A DNA stretch of 24,000 nucleotides from positions 43,339-67,338 of the forward strand of contig JAIKWL010000051.1 of NCBI GenBank assembly GCA_024684815.1, read 5' to 3'. The stretch comes from Saccharofermentans sp. (lineage in GTDB: Bacteria; Bacillota; Clostridia; Saccharofermentanales; Saccharofermentanaceae). Of this stretch, positions 1 through 6,620 are shown piece by piece. The stretch's first letter is position 1; each line of letters starts with the position of its first letter. Under the pieces are notes generated by a model. The model was not told the origin of the DNA. It saw only the letters and a program-made list of their open reading frames with translations, and did no database searches. A program made the position numbers and the translations under genes.

Positions 1-147
1 CCAATTACCTACTGTTTGTATAGGTAATATTACAGGACAAAAAGTTCAAATTCAGCACATACTATAAATCAAATAGGGATCAAATTGTAGAAATACATTG
101 TCCGTAATGCTAACATTTATTCGAAAATAATAATCAGAGGTGTATAA

Positions 148-1179
148 ATGGCAATTATCAGGTTTAGTAAGATGGATTTTGGCGTTCATGAGACAGACGT
201 TGTCGTAGCCGGGATCGTACAGACAAACACAAACAACGGCAAACCGATGCTCAAGGTTACCTTGAAAGACGGAGAAGAGAGCATTACTGCCCTCCTCTTT
301 GATGCGACCAAGAAGGAACTTGCATCAGGCGGCATCGAAGAAGGATGCACTGCGGTAATAAAGCTTGAAGTAACTGATTATAAGGGCTCCAAAAGTTATA
401 AGATCAACAGCATCACACCCGCAAAGCTTCCCGATGACGAGCTTAAACAGCTTATAAAGCTTCCGCCTGTCGATCCTTCCAGACTCGTAAATGACATCAT
501 CGTTCTCATAAAGCAGTCCTCGGGCAGGGATTATGACCTTGAAGCAGGCGGTGTTCCCGATGATGATTTTTCGCTCACGGCGCTCGCCGTAAGGATAATC
601 ACAAACAATCTAAAGGCATTTACTAAGTCTTCCGCGGCAAAGGCCATGCATCACAACCTATACGGAGGGCTTGCTTATCACACATACAGGATGATCAGAG
701 CCGCATATTCTATCTGCGAGACATATACGCTCCTTAACAGGGAACTGCTCGTATGCGGCACGGCGCTTCACGACATCGGCAAGCTTGTTGAGATAAAGAC
801 TTCCGATACCGGCATCGCCACATATACGGATATGGGCAATCTCTTCGGCCATCCTCTTCTCGGGATCGAGATGATCGACCATGAAGTCTGGAACAAAAAC
901 CAGGCTAACGGCGGCAGATCTTACAATGCCGAACAGGTCGCCATGTTAAAGCACATGATCGCCTCTCATCACGGTCAGCCCGAATGGGGAGCTATCAGGA
1001 TGCCTTCCACGCCTGAAGCCATGATCCTTCATGAACTCGACATGATAGATTCGCGCATGTACATGTATGAAGAAAACTTCAAGGATCTGACGCCCGGCAC
1101 TTCAAGCGAGCCCGTCTTCGGCATCGCGGGTGACGGCAAGACCGTGATCTACAAGAATTCTTTCAGCGATTACAGCTGA
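148..1179 (+). CDS. yhaM: 3'-5' exoribonuclease YhaM-like protein (N-terminal OB-fold + HD-domain phosphohydrolase)
   Basis: 343-aa ORF with AGAGGTG SD 5 nt upstream of the ATG. An OB-fold-like N-terminus (VVAGIVQTNTNNGKPMLKVTLKDGEESITALLFDA) is followed by HD-domain motifs HHNLYGGLAYH, ALHDIGKL, ASHHGQPEWG and ILHELDMIDSR. These align along the whole length with B. subtilis YhaM as I recall it. Confidence 0.8.
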   Translation: MAIIRFSKMDFGVHETDVVVAGIVQTNTNNGKPMLKVTLKDGEESITALLFDATKKELASGGIEEGCTAVIKLEVTDYKGSKSYKINSITPAKLPDDELKQLIKLPPVDPSRLVNDIIVLIKQSSGRDYDLEAGGVPDDDFSLTALAVRIITNNLKAFTKSSAAKAMHHNLYGGLAYHTYRMIRAAYSICETYTLLNRELLVCGTALHDIGKLVEIKTSDTGIATYTDMGNLFGHPLLGIEMIDHEVWNKNQANGGRSYNAEQVAMLKHMIASHHGQPEWGAIRMPSTPEAMILHELDMIDSRMYMYEENFKDLTPGTSSEPVFGIAGDGKTVIYKNSFSDYS

Positions 1180-1187
1180 CAGGCTGT

Positions 1188-2261
1188 TTAACCATACCTC
1201 ATCTCACATACTTCGCCCGATTCGTTTCTGTAATACAGGATCTTATTTTCCTCGTCCAGGAAATCTAATACTGAACATATGGGAAATTCCAGGCTGCTGT
1301 CATTGGCCTTAAAATCCAGATCGTCGTAGAACTTTGCCCAGTATCTCGGAAGAAGCGGTGCGGTAATATCGTTCAACAGACACCCTGTATCTTCTCTTTT
1401 CTCATCACTCATCATGAAATAATAAAGATACAGATCGTCCGTACCGTTCTTTAATGACCATGTTGGATCGATATGATAGCCCTCGCCGTTAATCACAACA
1501 TATGTCCATGCGTGGCACATACCGGGCTCAAAGATGCCGATATTAAGCGCATCCACGCCTGCCTGCATGAGAAGATATGCATAGATGCTTGCAAGATGGT
1601 CACATACACCCTGCCTGATACGGAAAGCCTTATAATCGGCTCCGTCGCCGGTCGAGGAGCCATCTATTTCACCGTAAACAAATGTGGATTCCATATAGTC
1701 GTAAAGCTTGATGCACTTCTCAAAGTCAGTATCATCATAGTCAAGCCAGGTATTAAGAACATCTTCAATATCTGCCTCATACTCTGCTTCCCTTATTACG
1801 AATTCTTCAGCGGGCATATTATAGTAGATCCTGCCGACACCGTTTTCGAAAGGCACAGTACCATCATCACTCTCACCGGTTATCTTCATACAGGCTGCAG
1901 GAAGCAGATTATTCAGTGTCACAGGGTCAGTAGCCCATTTGTATGCTTCCTCGCTCGCGCACTCGAAAGTGTCTTTGCCTTCACGAACAGCATCAGTGAG
2001 ATTATAGAGTGCCTGATAGTTTTCATCGGGGATCTTATCACCTATCTTGACCGAATAGAGATGAGGATTGAATTCATACAGTTTTTCAGGTTCTGTCTCT
2101 GATTCCGTAGTTGCTGCAGTCGTTGTCTCTGTTATCTCAGTTGTTCCGCTGTTGATAACAATATCCTCAGCTGAGGTCTGCTCAATCACATCTGCTTTGC
2201 TGCAGCCCGAAAACAAGACCGCAGAAACCAATACTATTCCGGTTATCTTTTTGCTTTTCAT
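1188..2261 (-). CDS. Lipoprotein with transglutaminase-like (papain-fold Cys-His-Asp) core domain, paralog A
   Basis: 357 aa with AGGAGA SD 9 nt upstream of the ATG at 2261. Signal peptide with lipobox VLFSG|C, then a T/E-rich linker (TEITETTTAATTESETEPEK). Transglut_core-like motifs QGVCDHLASIYAYLLMQAG, CHAWTYVVI and YHIDPTW. Clearly paralogous to the next two genes. Confidence 0.75.
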   Translation of the reverse strand: MKSKKITGIVLVSAVLFSGCSKADVIEQTSAEDIVINSGTTEITETTTAATTESETEPEKLYEFNPHLYSVKIGDKIPDENYQALYNLTDAVREGKDTFECASEEAYKWATDPVTLNNLLPAACMKITGESDDGTVPFENGVGRIYYNMPAEEFVIREAEYEADIEDVLNTWLDYDDTDFEKCIKLYDYMESTFVYGEIDGSSTGDGADYKAFRIRQGVCDHLASIYAYLLMQAGVDALNIGIFEPGMCHAWTYVVINGEGYHIDPTWSLKNGTDDLYLYYFMMSDEKREDTGCLLNDITAPLLPRYWAKFYDDLDFKANDSSLEFPICSVLDFLDEENKILYYRNESGEVCEMRYG

Positions 2262-2276
2262 CTAAGGCGCTCTCCT

Positions 2277-3374
2277 TTATGCAGCCTTATCAGAGGCGTT
2301 CTGCTCATAATAAAACTCATGCTCGTTCCCGTACATGTCGACATAATTAAGGATCTTGTTTTCTTCATCCAAAGATTCAAAATTACAGTAGTCCCTCAGA
2401 TTAAAACTGTTGTCATCAGCAGGTAAAGTCAGGGACGTCCTGTTGATCCAGTATTCCGGCACCAGTGATACGGTCAGGTCATGGACAAGTGCCCCGTCAA
2501 TATTACGTTCTTTATCACTCATAAGAAAATAATCCAGATAGATATAATCCACACCGTCATTATTGATCTTAAGAGCCCACGTGGGGTCAATGTGATATCC
2601 CCTGCCGTCTATTACCGCATAAGTCCATGAGTGGCACATATTCTCCTCGAAGCATCCGACACTTATGGCATCGATACCGACCTGCAGGAGCAGATAGGCA
2701 TACACTGATGCAAAATCCACGCACACACCCTTTTTGCACATGAAAGTATGATAGACAAAATTGTCATCATAGTCGTAATCTTTATCGTAATCATATTCGT
2801 AATTATTTGCCATATACAGATAGAGTTTAAGTGCCATCTCATAATCACTGTCATCACTCTCGACATTATCGTTGAGGATACCGGTTATCAAAGCCTCAAA
2901 ATCCGCCTGTCTTTCTGCATATTCTTCAACAGGGATCGTATATCTGATATTGCCGGTCCCGTTCCCGGTGGTTTCTGTCTCCTCAAAATATGCAGGTTCC
3001 ACTTTTGCGCCCGCAGCAGGAAAAAGATTACATAACACACTGACATCAGTACACCACTCGAATGCTTCATAACTTGAGCATTCAAATGTTGTCTCTCCTT
3101 CCCTTAATGCATCGCACAGATTATTGAATGAATCCCAGTAATCCTCAGGTATTCGCTCTGCAATCTTAGGCGAATACACATGCGGATTAAATTCCCAAGG
3201 CACCAAAGCCTCAGTCTCAGACGTGACGACCTCCGTCTCTGTCTCTGTTTCTGTTATAAATGATTCAACACTCTCAGTCTCTTGTACCGTATTATCTGTA
3301 ATATCCACTGCACTGCAGCCTGTTCCCGCTATGGCTGCGATCAATACCGCTACTATTATCCTTTTAAATCTCAT
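2277..3374 (-). CDS. Lipoprotein with transglutaminase-like core domain, paralog B
   Basis: 365 aa. Signal peptide with lipobox-like IAGTG|C and an ETETETE-type linker. Motifs KGVCVDFASVYAYLLLQVG, CHSWTYAVI and YHIDPTW. Long identical blocks shared with paralog C, visible at DNA level too. Confidence 0.75.
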   Translation of the reverse strand: MRFKRIIVAVLIAAIAGTGCSAVDITDNTVQETESVESFITETETETEVVTSETEALVPWEFNPHVYSPKIAERIPEDYWDSFNNLCDALREGETTFECSSYEAFEWCTDVSVLCNLFPAAGAKVEPAYFEETETTGNGTGNIRYTIPVEEYAERQADFEALITGILNDNVESDDSDYEMALKLYLYMANNYEYDYDKDYDYDDNFVYHTFMCKKGVCVDFASVYAYLLLQVGIDAISVGCFEENMCHSWTYAVIDGRGYHIDPTWALKINNDGVDYIYLDYFLMSDKERNIDGALVHDLTVSLVPEYWINRTSLTLPADDNSFNLRDYCNFESLDEENKILNYVDMYGNEHEFYYEQNASDKAA

Positions 3375-3385
3375 AAGAAAAGTTC

Positions 3386-4498
3386 CTACATTTTATTTTC
3401 TGATGTTTTGTTATCACCATAGTAAAACTCATGCAGTTCCCCGTACATATCAACATATGTGAGGATCTTGTTGTCCTCATCAAGGCAGTAAAAGCCGCAG
3501 TAATCTCTGATACAGTAACTTGCATCAGATGCATCTAAAACAATATTCGTTCTATTAACCCAGAATTCCTTAAGGAGCTGCATCGTAAGATCTCTTACAA
3601 GACAACCGTCTGAATTTCTCTCTTCGTCGCTCATCATGAAATAATCGAGATATACATGATCGATGCCTGTATAGCAGGACTTCAGCGCCCATGTGGTGTC
3701 AATGTGATAACCCTTTCCGTCTATGACCGCATAAGTCCAGGCATGATCCATACCTTCTTCGAAGCATCCGACATTCATTGCATCGATCCCTGCCTGAAGA
3801 AGAAGATATGCATAAACAGAGCCGTAGTTGATGCACTGTCCGAGCTTTGTCTTGAACGTTCTGTAGACATAGCCGTCCTCTTCTTTTATGGCTGACTGGT
3901 CACTATAGTCGTAATCGTAATTCTCCGCGATATAAAGATAGAGCTTTAATGCCATCTCATATTCGGTATCGTCGCTCTCAAGAGTACTGTTGAGTATACC
4001 GGTGATCATCGCTTCGAAATCAGCCTGTCTTGCAACATATTCTTCGGGCGGCATGTTATAGCAGATCTTTCCTATGCCGTTTTCGAAGCCTGCCGAACCG
4101 TCCTCGCTCTTTCCTTCAACCTTCATGCAGGCTGCCGGAAAAAGATTGGCAAGAGTCGTCGATCTCGTTGCCCATTCATAAGCCTCTTCGTTCGAACACT
4201 CGAATTCATTCTTTCCTTCTCTTAAGGCATCGCAGAGGTTATAGAACGCATCCCAGTTTTCCTGTGGCACCCACCCGGCAAGCTTCGGAGAATAAACATG
4301 CGGATTGAATTCAAAAGGGACTGGCTCCTTTTCCGCACTTGTCTCTGAAGTCTTTGTCTCTTCTGTTTCTTTGATCTCTTCAGTTGCCGATATTTCTGTT
4401 ACCGCAGTTTCCTCAGTATCGGGTGTATTGACCTTGCTGCATCCCGACAGCAAGACCGCTGTTATTAAAACAGATCCTATTATCCTTTTGCTTATCAT
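3386..4498 (-). CDS. Lipoprotein with transglutaminase-like core domain, paralog C
   Basis: 370 aa with GGAGG SD 9 nt upstream of the ATG at 4498. Lipobox LLSG|C and a T/E-rich linker (TEETAVTEISATEEIKETEETKTSETSAEKE). Motifs LGQCINYGSVYAYLLLQAG, DHAWTYAVI and YHIDTTW. Confidence 0.75.
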   Translation of the reverse strand: MISKRIIGSVLITAVLLSGCSKVNTPDTEETAVTEISATEEIKETEETKTSETSAEKEPVPFEFNPHVYSPKLAGWVPQENWDAFYNLCDALREGKNEFECSNEEAYEWATRSTTLANLFPAACMKVEGKSEDGSAGFENGIGKICYNMPPEEYVARQADFEAMITGILNSTLESDDTEYEMALKLYLYIAENYDYDYSDQSAIKEEDGYVYRTFKTKLGQCINYGSVYAYLLLQAGIDAMNVGCFEEGMDHAWTYAVIDGKGYHIDTTWALKSCYTGIDHVYLDYFMMSDEERNSDGCLVRDLTMQLLKEFWVNRTNIVLDASDASYCIRDYCGFYCLDEDNKILTYVDMYGELHEFYYGDNKTSENKM

Positions 4499-4504
4499 TA
4501 AAGT

Positions 4505-4541
4505 AAGCCTCCTTCCGCGCGATTATATCAGAAGGAGGCTT
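4505..4541 (-). promoter_or_regulatory. 11-bp perfect inverted repeat (AAGCCTCCTTC-N15-GAAGGAGGCTT); its downstream arm is the SD of the lipoprotein gene at 4498
   Basis: Read directly. Arm 4531..4541 (plus strand gaaggaggctt) is the exact reverse complement of arm 4505..4515 (aagcctccttc), with a 15-nt loop. On the minus-strand RNA the 3' arm GAAGGAGGCUU contains the GGAGG that lies 9 nt before the ATG at 4498. It could act as an SD-sequestering hairpin, a partial terminator of the upstream LytTR operon, or a DNA operator. Confidence 0.5.
4522..4530 (-). promoter_or_regulatory. Candidate extended -10 promoter element TGATATAAT for the lipoprotein triplet
   Basis: The minus-strand loop of the 4505..4541 hairpin reads TGATATAATCGCGCG, a perfect TGnTATAAT. 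A start ~7 nt downstream would fall at the first base of the SD-containing arm. No good -35 lies at 16-18 nt; extended -10 promoters can dispense with one. Confidence 0.4.
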
Positions 4542-4583
4542 ATTCATTTTCATGTCAATATCGGCAAATCTCAGGTTTTTTCT

Positions 4584-5021
4584 TTACCTTTTAATTTCCT
4601 GTATCTTTTCGTTCATCTTCTTTGCTTCTTTTCTGTAGTAACGCATGAAGCAGAACCAGATGATGAATGACACTGCAAGCTGGACAGCTGCCGCAATCAA
4701 TCCCTGAGCAACTGTTGCCGAACCTCCGAACCAGCCGACCGCATAAGCTACCACCGTATAGATCACACATCCGATACCCATGTGAATGATCACTTTTACC
4801 GGCATCGGAAGGCTGTCATTGTTATATACGATCGACGGAATACCGAACCCGAGACCAACGATCATGCTGCCTGCTGCCATTTTTGTAAACCTGTAATTAT
4901 CAAGGCTGAAATTGCCCTTGTAAATGATATCGAACACTATGCATATAAGACAAAATATAGCAAGTGCCATACCTATGCTTATAACGGTACTCTTTAACAG
5001 ATCTTTTATTGTATTTCTCAT
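4584..5021 (-). CDS. Small 4-TM membrane protein, DUF3021-like partner of the LytTR regulator
   Basis: 145 aa with about four hydrophobic helices and a basic C-terminal tail (YYRKEAKKMNEKIQEIKR). It starts 14 nt after the LytTR gene stop. Size, topology and pairing match the DUF3021 family as I recall it. Confidence 0.65.
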   Translation of the reverse strand: MRNTIKDLLKSTVISIGMALAIFCLICIVFDIIYKGNFSLDNYRFTKMAAGSMIVGLGFGIPSIVYNNDSLPMPVKVIIHMGIGCVIYTVVAYAVGWFGGSATVAQGLIAAAVQLAVSFIIWFCFMRYYRKEAKKMNEKIQEIKR

Positions 5022-5035
5022 TTCTTTTTCCTCCC

Positions 5036-5473
5036 TTATAATCCGAGATATTTTTTGAACTCCGGAAGATATTTTCTGGACACGTAATCCTTATCCCCGT
5101 TCTTCAATTTCAATAACAACGTGCCTGAAAACCCCGGTTCTATGCTGTCCATATATGACAGGTTGACAAGTGTGGTCTTGGAAATCTGCATAAACTGTTT
5201 CCCGAGCTGTTCAGCCAGTTCATAAAGCCGCTTGCGGGACCTGAACTGCTGCTTTGCCCCGTAGATCACCGTATCTCCGTTCTCGACCCTTACCATGAAG
5301 ATATCCTTGGGCTGAAGGATAACTATATCTTCTTCATTCTTCAGAGCGGTTACCGGTGTCTCACTCGTGCTCAGCACGTCCACGATACGAGAGATCTCAT
5401 CTGTCACTTTGTCTGTATGGATAACGGCAAACGGTTCTTTGTATTCTGCCGAAATATCGATCTTAACTTTCAC
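5036..5473 (-). CDS. Stand-alone LytTR-family DNA-binding transcriptional regulator (no receiver domain)
   Basis: 145 aa with a GTG start and GGAGG 10 nt upstream. LytTR-type pattern in the C-terminal two-thirds: IFMVRVENGDTVIYGAKQQFRSRKRLYELAEQL, FMQISKTTLVNLSYMDSIE, LKLKNGDKDYVSRKY. Confidence 0.7.
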   Translation of the reverse strand: MKVKIDISAEYKEPFAVIHTDKVTDEISRIVDVLSTSETPVTALKNEEDIVILQPKDIFMVRVENGDTVIYGAKQQFRSRKRLYELAEQLGKQFMQISKTTLVNLSYMDSIEPGFSGTLLLKLKNGDKDYVSRKYLPEFKKYLGL

Positions 5474-5507
5474 TTTGAGAAAGCCTCCCTGAAAATATAG
5501 CTTTATG

Positions 5508-5546
5508 TTACATCAAGCAGTTTAGCCGTGCGACAGGTAACTTCAT
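5508..5546 (-). CDS. Candidate 12-codon sORF (MKLPVARLNCLM) upstream of the LytTR gene
   Basis: The minus strand reads GGAGGTG-atcataa-ATG AAG TTA CCT GTC GCA CGG CTA AAC TGC TTG ATG TAA. The SD is strong with 7-nt spacing, and the stop lies 34 nt before the LytTR GTG. No homology can be assessed. Confidence 0.25.
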   Translation of the reverse strand: MKLPVARLNCLM

Positions 5547-5581
5547 TTATGATCACCTCCTTCATTTGCTTGTGTGACCTG

Positions 5582-5590
5582 ATAATAGCA
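5582..5590 (-). promoter_or_regulatory. Candidate extended -10 promoter element TGCTATTAT for the sORF/LytTR/DUF3021 unit
   Basis: The minus strand reads ccTTTGCTATTATcagg, a TGnTATTAT box ~35 nt upstream of the sORF ATG. The -35 position falls inside the 5596..5615 palindrome. Confidence 0.3.
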
Positions 5591-5595
5591 AAGGC

Positions 5596-5615
5596 TTCCG
5601 GACATGTGTCCGGAA
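5596..5615 (-). terminator. 20-bp near-perfect palindrome TTCCGGACA-TG-TGTCCGGAA: terminator-like hairpin after the kinase gene and/or operator
   Basis: Read directly. It lies ~50 nt downstream of the histidine-kinase stop (5664). On the minus strand it is followed by GCCUUUGCUAUUAUC, which is only moderately U-rich. It also overlaps the -35 position of the candidate promoter at 5582..5590. Confidence 0.4.
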
Positions 5616-5663
5616 ATGAGGTAAGTGGCAAAAATCAGATGGTGAAATGCAAAGACAACAGTA

Positions 5664-6569
5664 TTACTTTGCAAAATGAACTATGATGGACAGTATTCCC
5701 TCTTTAAGACCGGATTCAATCGATCCGCCGTTCATGACTATCAATTCCTTAGCTATCGAGAATCCCAGACCTGTTGACGAATTGCCTTCATTGACCGTGT
5801 AATACCTGTCGAAAAGCTTGGCTGCCGACACAGGAGTCAGGTCCGGAGCAGGATTGCTGAATGTAGCAACGCCGTCTTCACCAAGTTTTACGTCCAATGA
5901 ATCATCTGCGTACTTTAAAGCGTTGCTTATTATGTTCTCGAAGATCCTGTTGGCACTTTTGCGGTCGCACTTCACATACACCGGTTCCTCAGGGAGTTCG
6001 ATCTCGGGCTCAATGCCTTTATCCTTAAATGCGGCATAGAACGAGAGCATGCATTCCTCAAGGACACGGCAGATATCAACAGGATCTGAAGCTGCTTCTT
6101 CGTTTGATACCTTGTATCTTGACGGATCAGTGGAAGTACTGTATTTGAAAAGTTCGTCAGCCAGATCGCTCAAAGACAGCGTCCGGCTCTTGATACGTTC
6201 AAGATATTGTTCCTTCAGTGCTTCATCCTTCTCATCCTTCATCAGATCAAGATATGAGTTGATCGCAGTCAAAGGTGTCCTTATATCATGCGAGATCTCA
6301 GTAACTGCCACCGTGACCTTGCGGTTGCCGTCTGTATATTCGTCGCGGAGTTTTTTTAATTCGGAAAGCTCCCTGTTAAGTGTATCCGCAGCCCGCACGG
6401 CATGAGGATCGGTAGTCGTAAGGGTGACCGGTATCTGTGTATTTCCTTTGACCTGGTCTTCTATATTTTCGGTGAGTTCGTCAAAACCGCGTCTTAACAG
6501 GACGATCTTAATGACCGCCGCTGCAAGCGCTAATGCAAGCGCGATACAAAGTGATATAAGTATCTTCAA
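5664..6569 (-). CDS. Sensor histidine kinase (HisKA + HATPase_c) with a single N-terminal TM helix and no extracytoplasmic domain
   Basis: 301 aa with a TTG start (AAGGAA 9 nt upstream). One TM helix (ILISLCIALALALAAAVIKIVLL). H-box EISHDIRTPLTAI, N-box ENIISNALKY, G-box STGLGFSIAKELI. Confidence 0.85.
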   Translation of the reverse strand: MKILISLCIALALALAAAVIKIVLLRRGFDELTENIEDQVKGNTQIPVTLTTTDPHAVRAADTLNRELSELKKLRDEYTDGNRKVTVAVTEISHDIRTPLTAINSYLDLMKDEKDEALKEQYLERIKSRTLSLSDLADELFKYSTSTDPSRYKVSNEEAASDPVDICRVLEECMLSFYAAFKDKGIEPEIELPEEPVYVKCDRKSANRIFENIISNALKYADDSLDVKLGEDGVATFSNPAPDLTPVSAAKLFDRYYTVNEGNSSTGLGFSIAKELIVMNGGSIESGLKEGILSIIVHFAK

Positions 6570-6620
6570 TTCAACCGGTTCCTTTTCGATATGGATAATG
6601 ATACCACACGGGAAAACTTA

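Larger units (their letters stand above)
1188..4498 (-). repeat. Tandem array of three ~1.1-kb paralogous gene units (lipoprotein triplet)
   Basis: Three head-to-tail ORFs of 357/365/370 aa are collinear over their full length. Shared blocks include FNPH(V/L)YS, REG..FEC, LFPAA, YAYLL.Q.G.DA, WTY.VI.G.GYHID and LDE(E/D)NKIL. Units B and C also share stretches of nucleotide identity, for example around 2580-2640 versus 3690-3750. Confidence 0.8.

Noticed and set aside
4-28. 8-bp inverted repeat ATTACCTA-N9-TAGGTAAT at the window start
   Set aside because: The stem is AT-rich and short with no flanking T-tract, and the upstream context is cut off by the window edge. It cannot be assigned as a terminator or operator.
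1172-1187. ACAGC-tgacag-GCTGT mini-hairpin between the convergent yhaM-like and lipoprotein stops
   Set aside because: The stem is only 5 bp, which is too weak to call a bidirectional terminator.
1473-2102. 209-aa plus-strand ORF, plus neighbouring plus-strand ORFs at 2068-2265, 2748-3072, 3223-3462, 3656-3895 and 4030-4670
   Set aside because: All are antisense to the well-supported lipoprotein genes. They lack SD sequences and recognisable motifs and have low-complexity composition typical of shadow ORFs.
3235-3252. GTCTCT GTCTCT GTTTCT hexanucleotide repeat considered as a phase-variable SSR
   Set aside because: There are only about three imperfect units, and they are in-frame (multiples of 6), encoding the ETETETE linker. 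Slippage would change linker length, not switch the gene off.
4553-4558. Perfect TTGACA (-35 consensus) on the minus strand upstream of the TGATATAAT box
   Set aside because: The spacer to the -10 hexamer is 25 nt, far outside the 16-18 nt range, so I do not count it as the partner of that -10.
4552-4638. 28-codon hydrophobic plus-strand sORF (MSISANLRFFLYLLISCIFSFIFFASFL) downstream of a plus-strand GGAGG
   Set aside because: The GGAGG is simply the complement arm of the 4505-4541 inverted repeat. The spacing to the ATG is 13 nt, which is too long. The sORF is antisense to the 3' end of the DUF3021-like gene.
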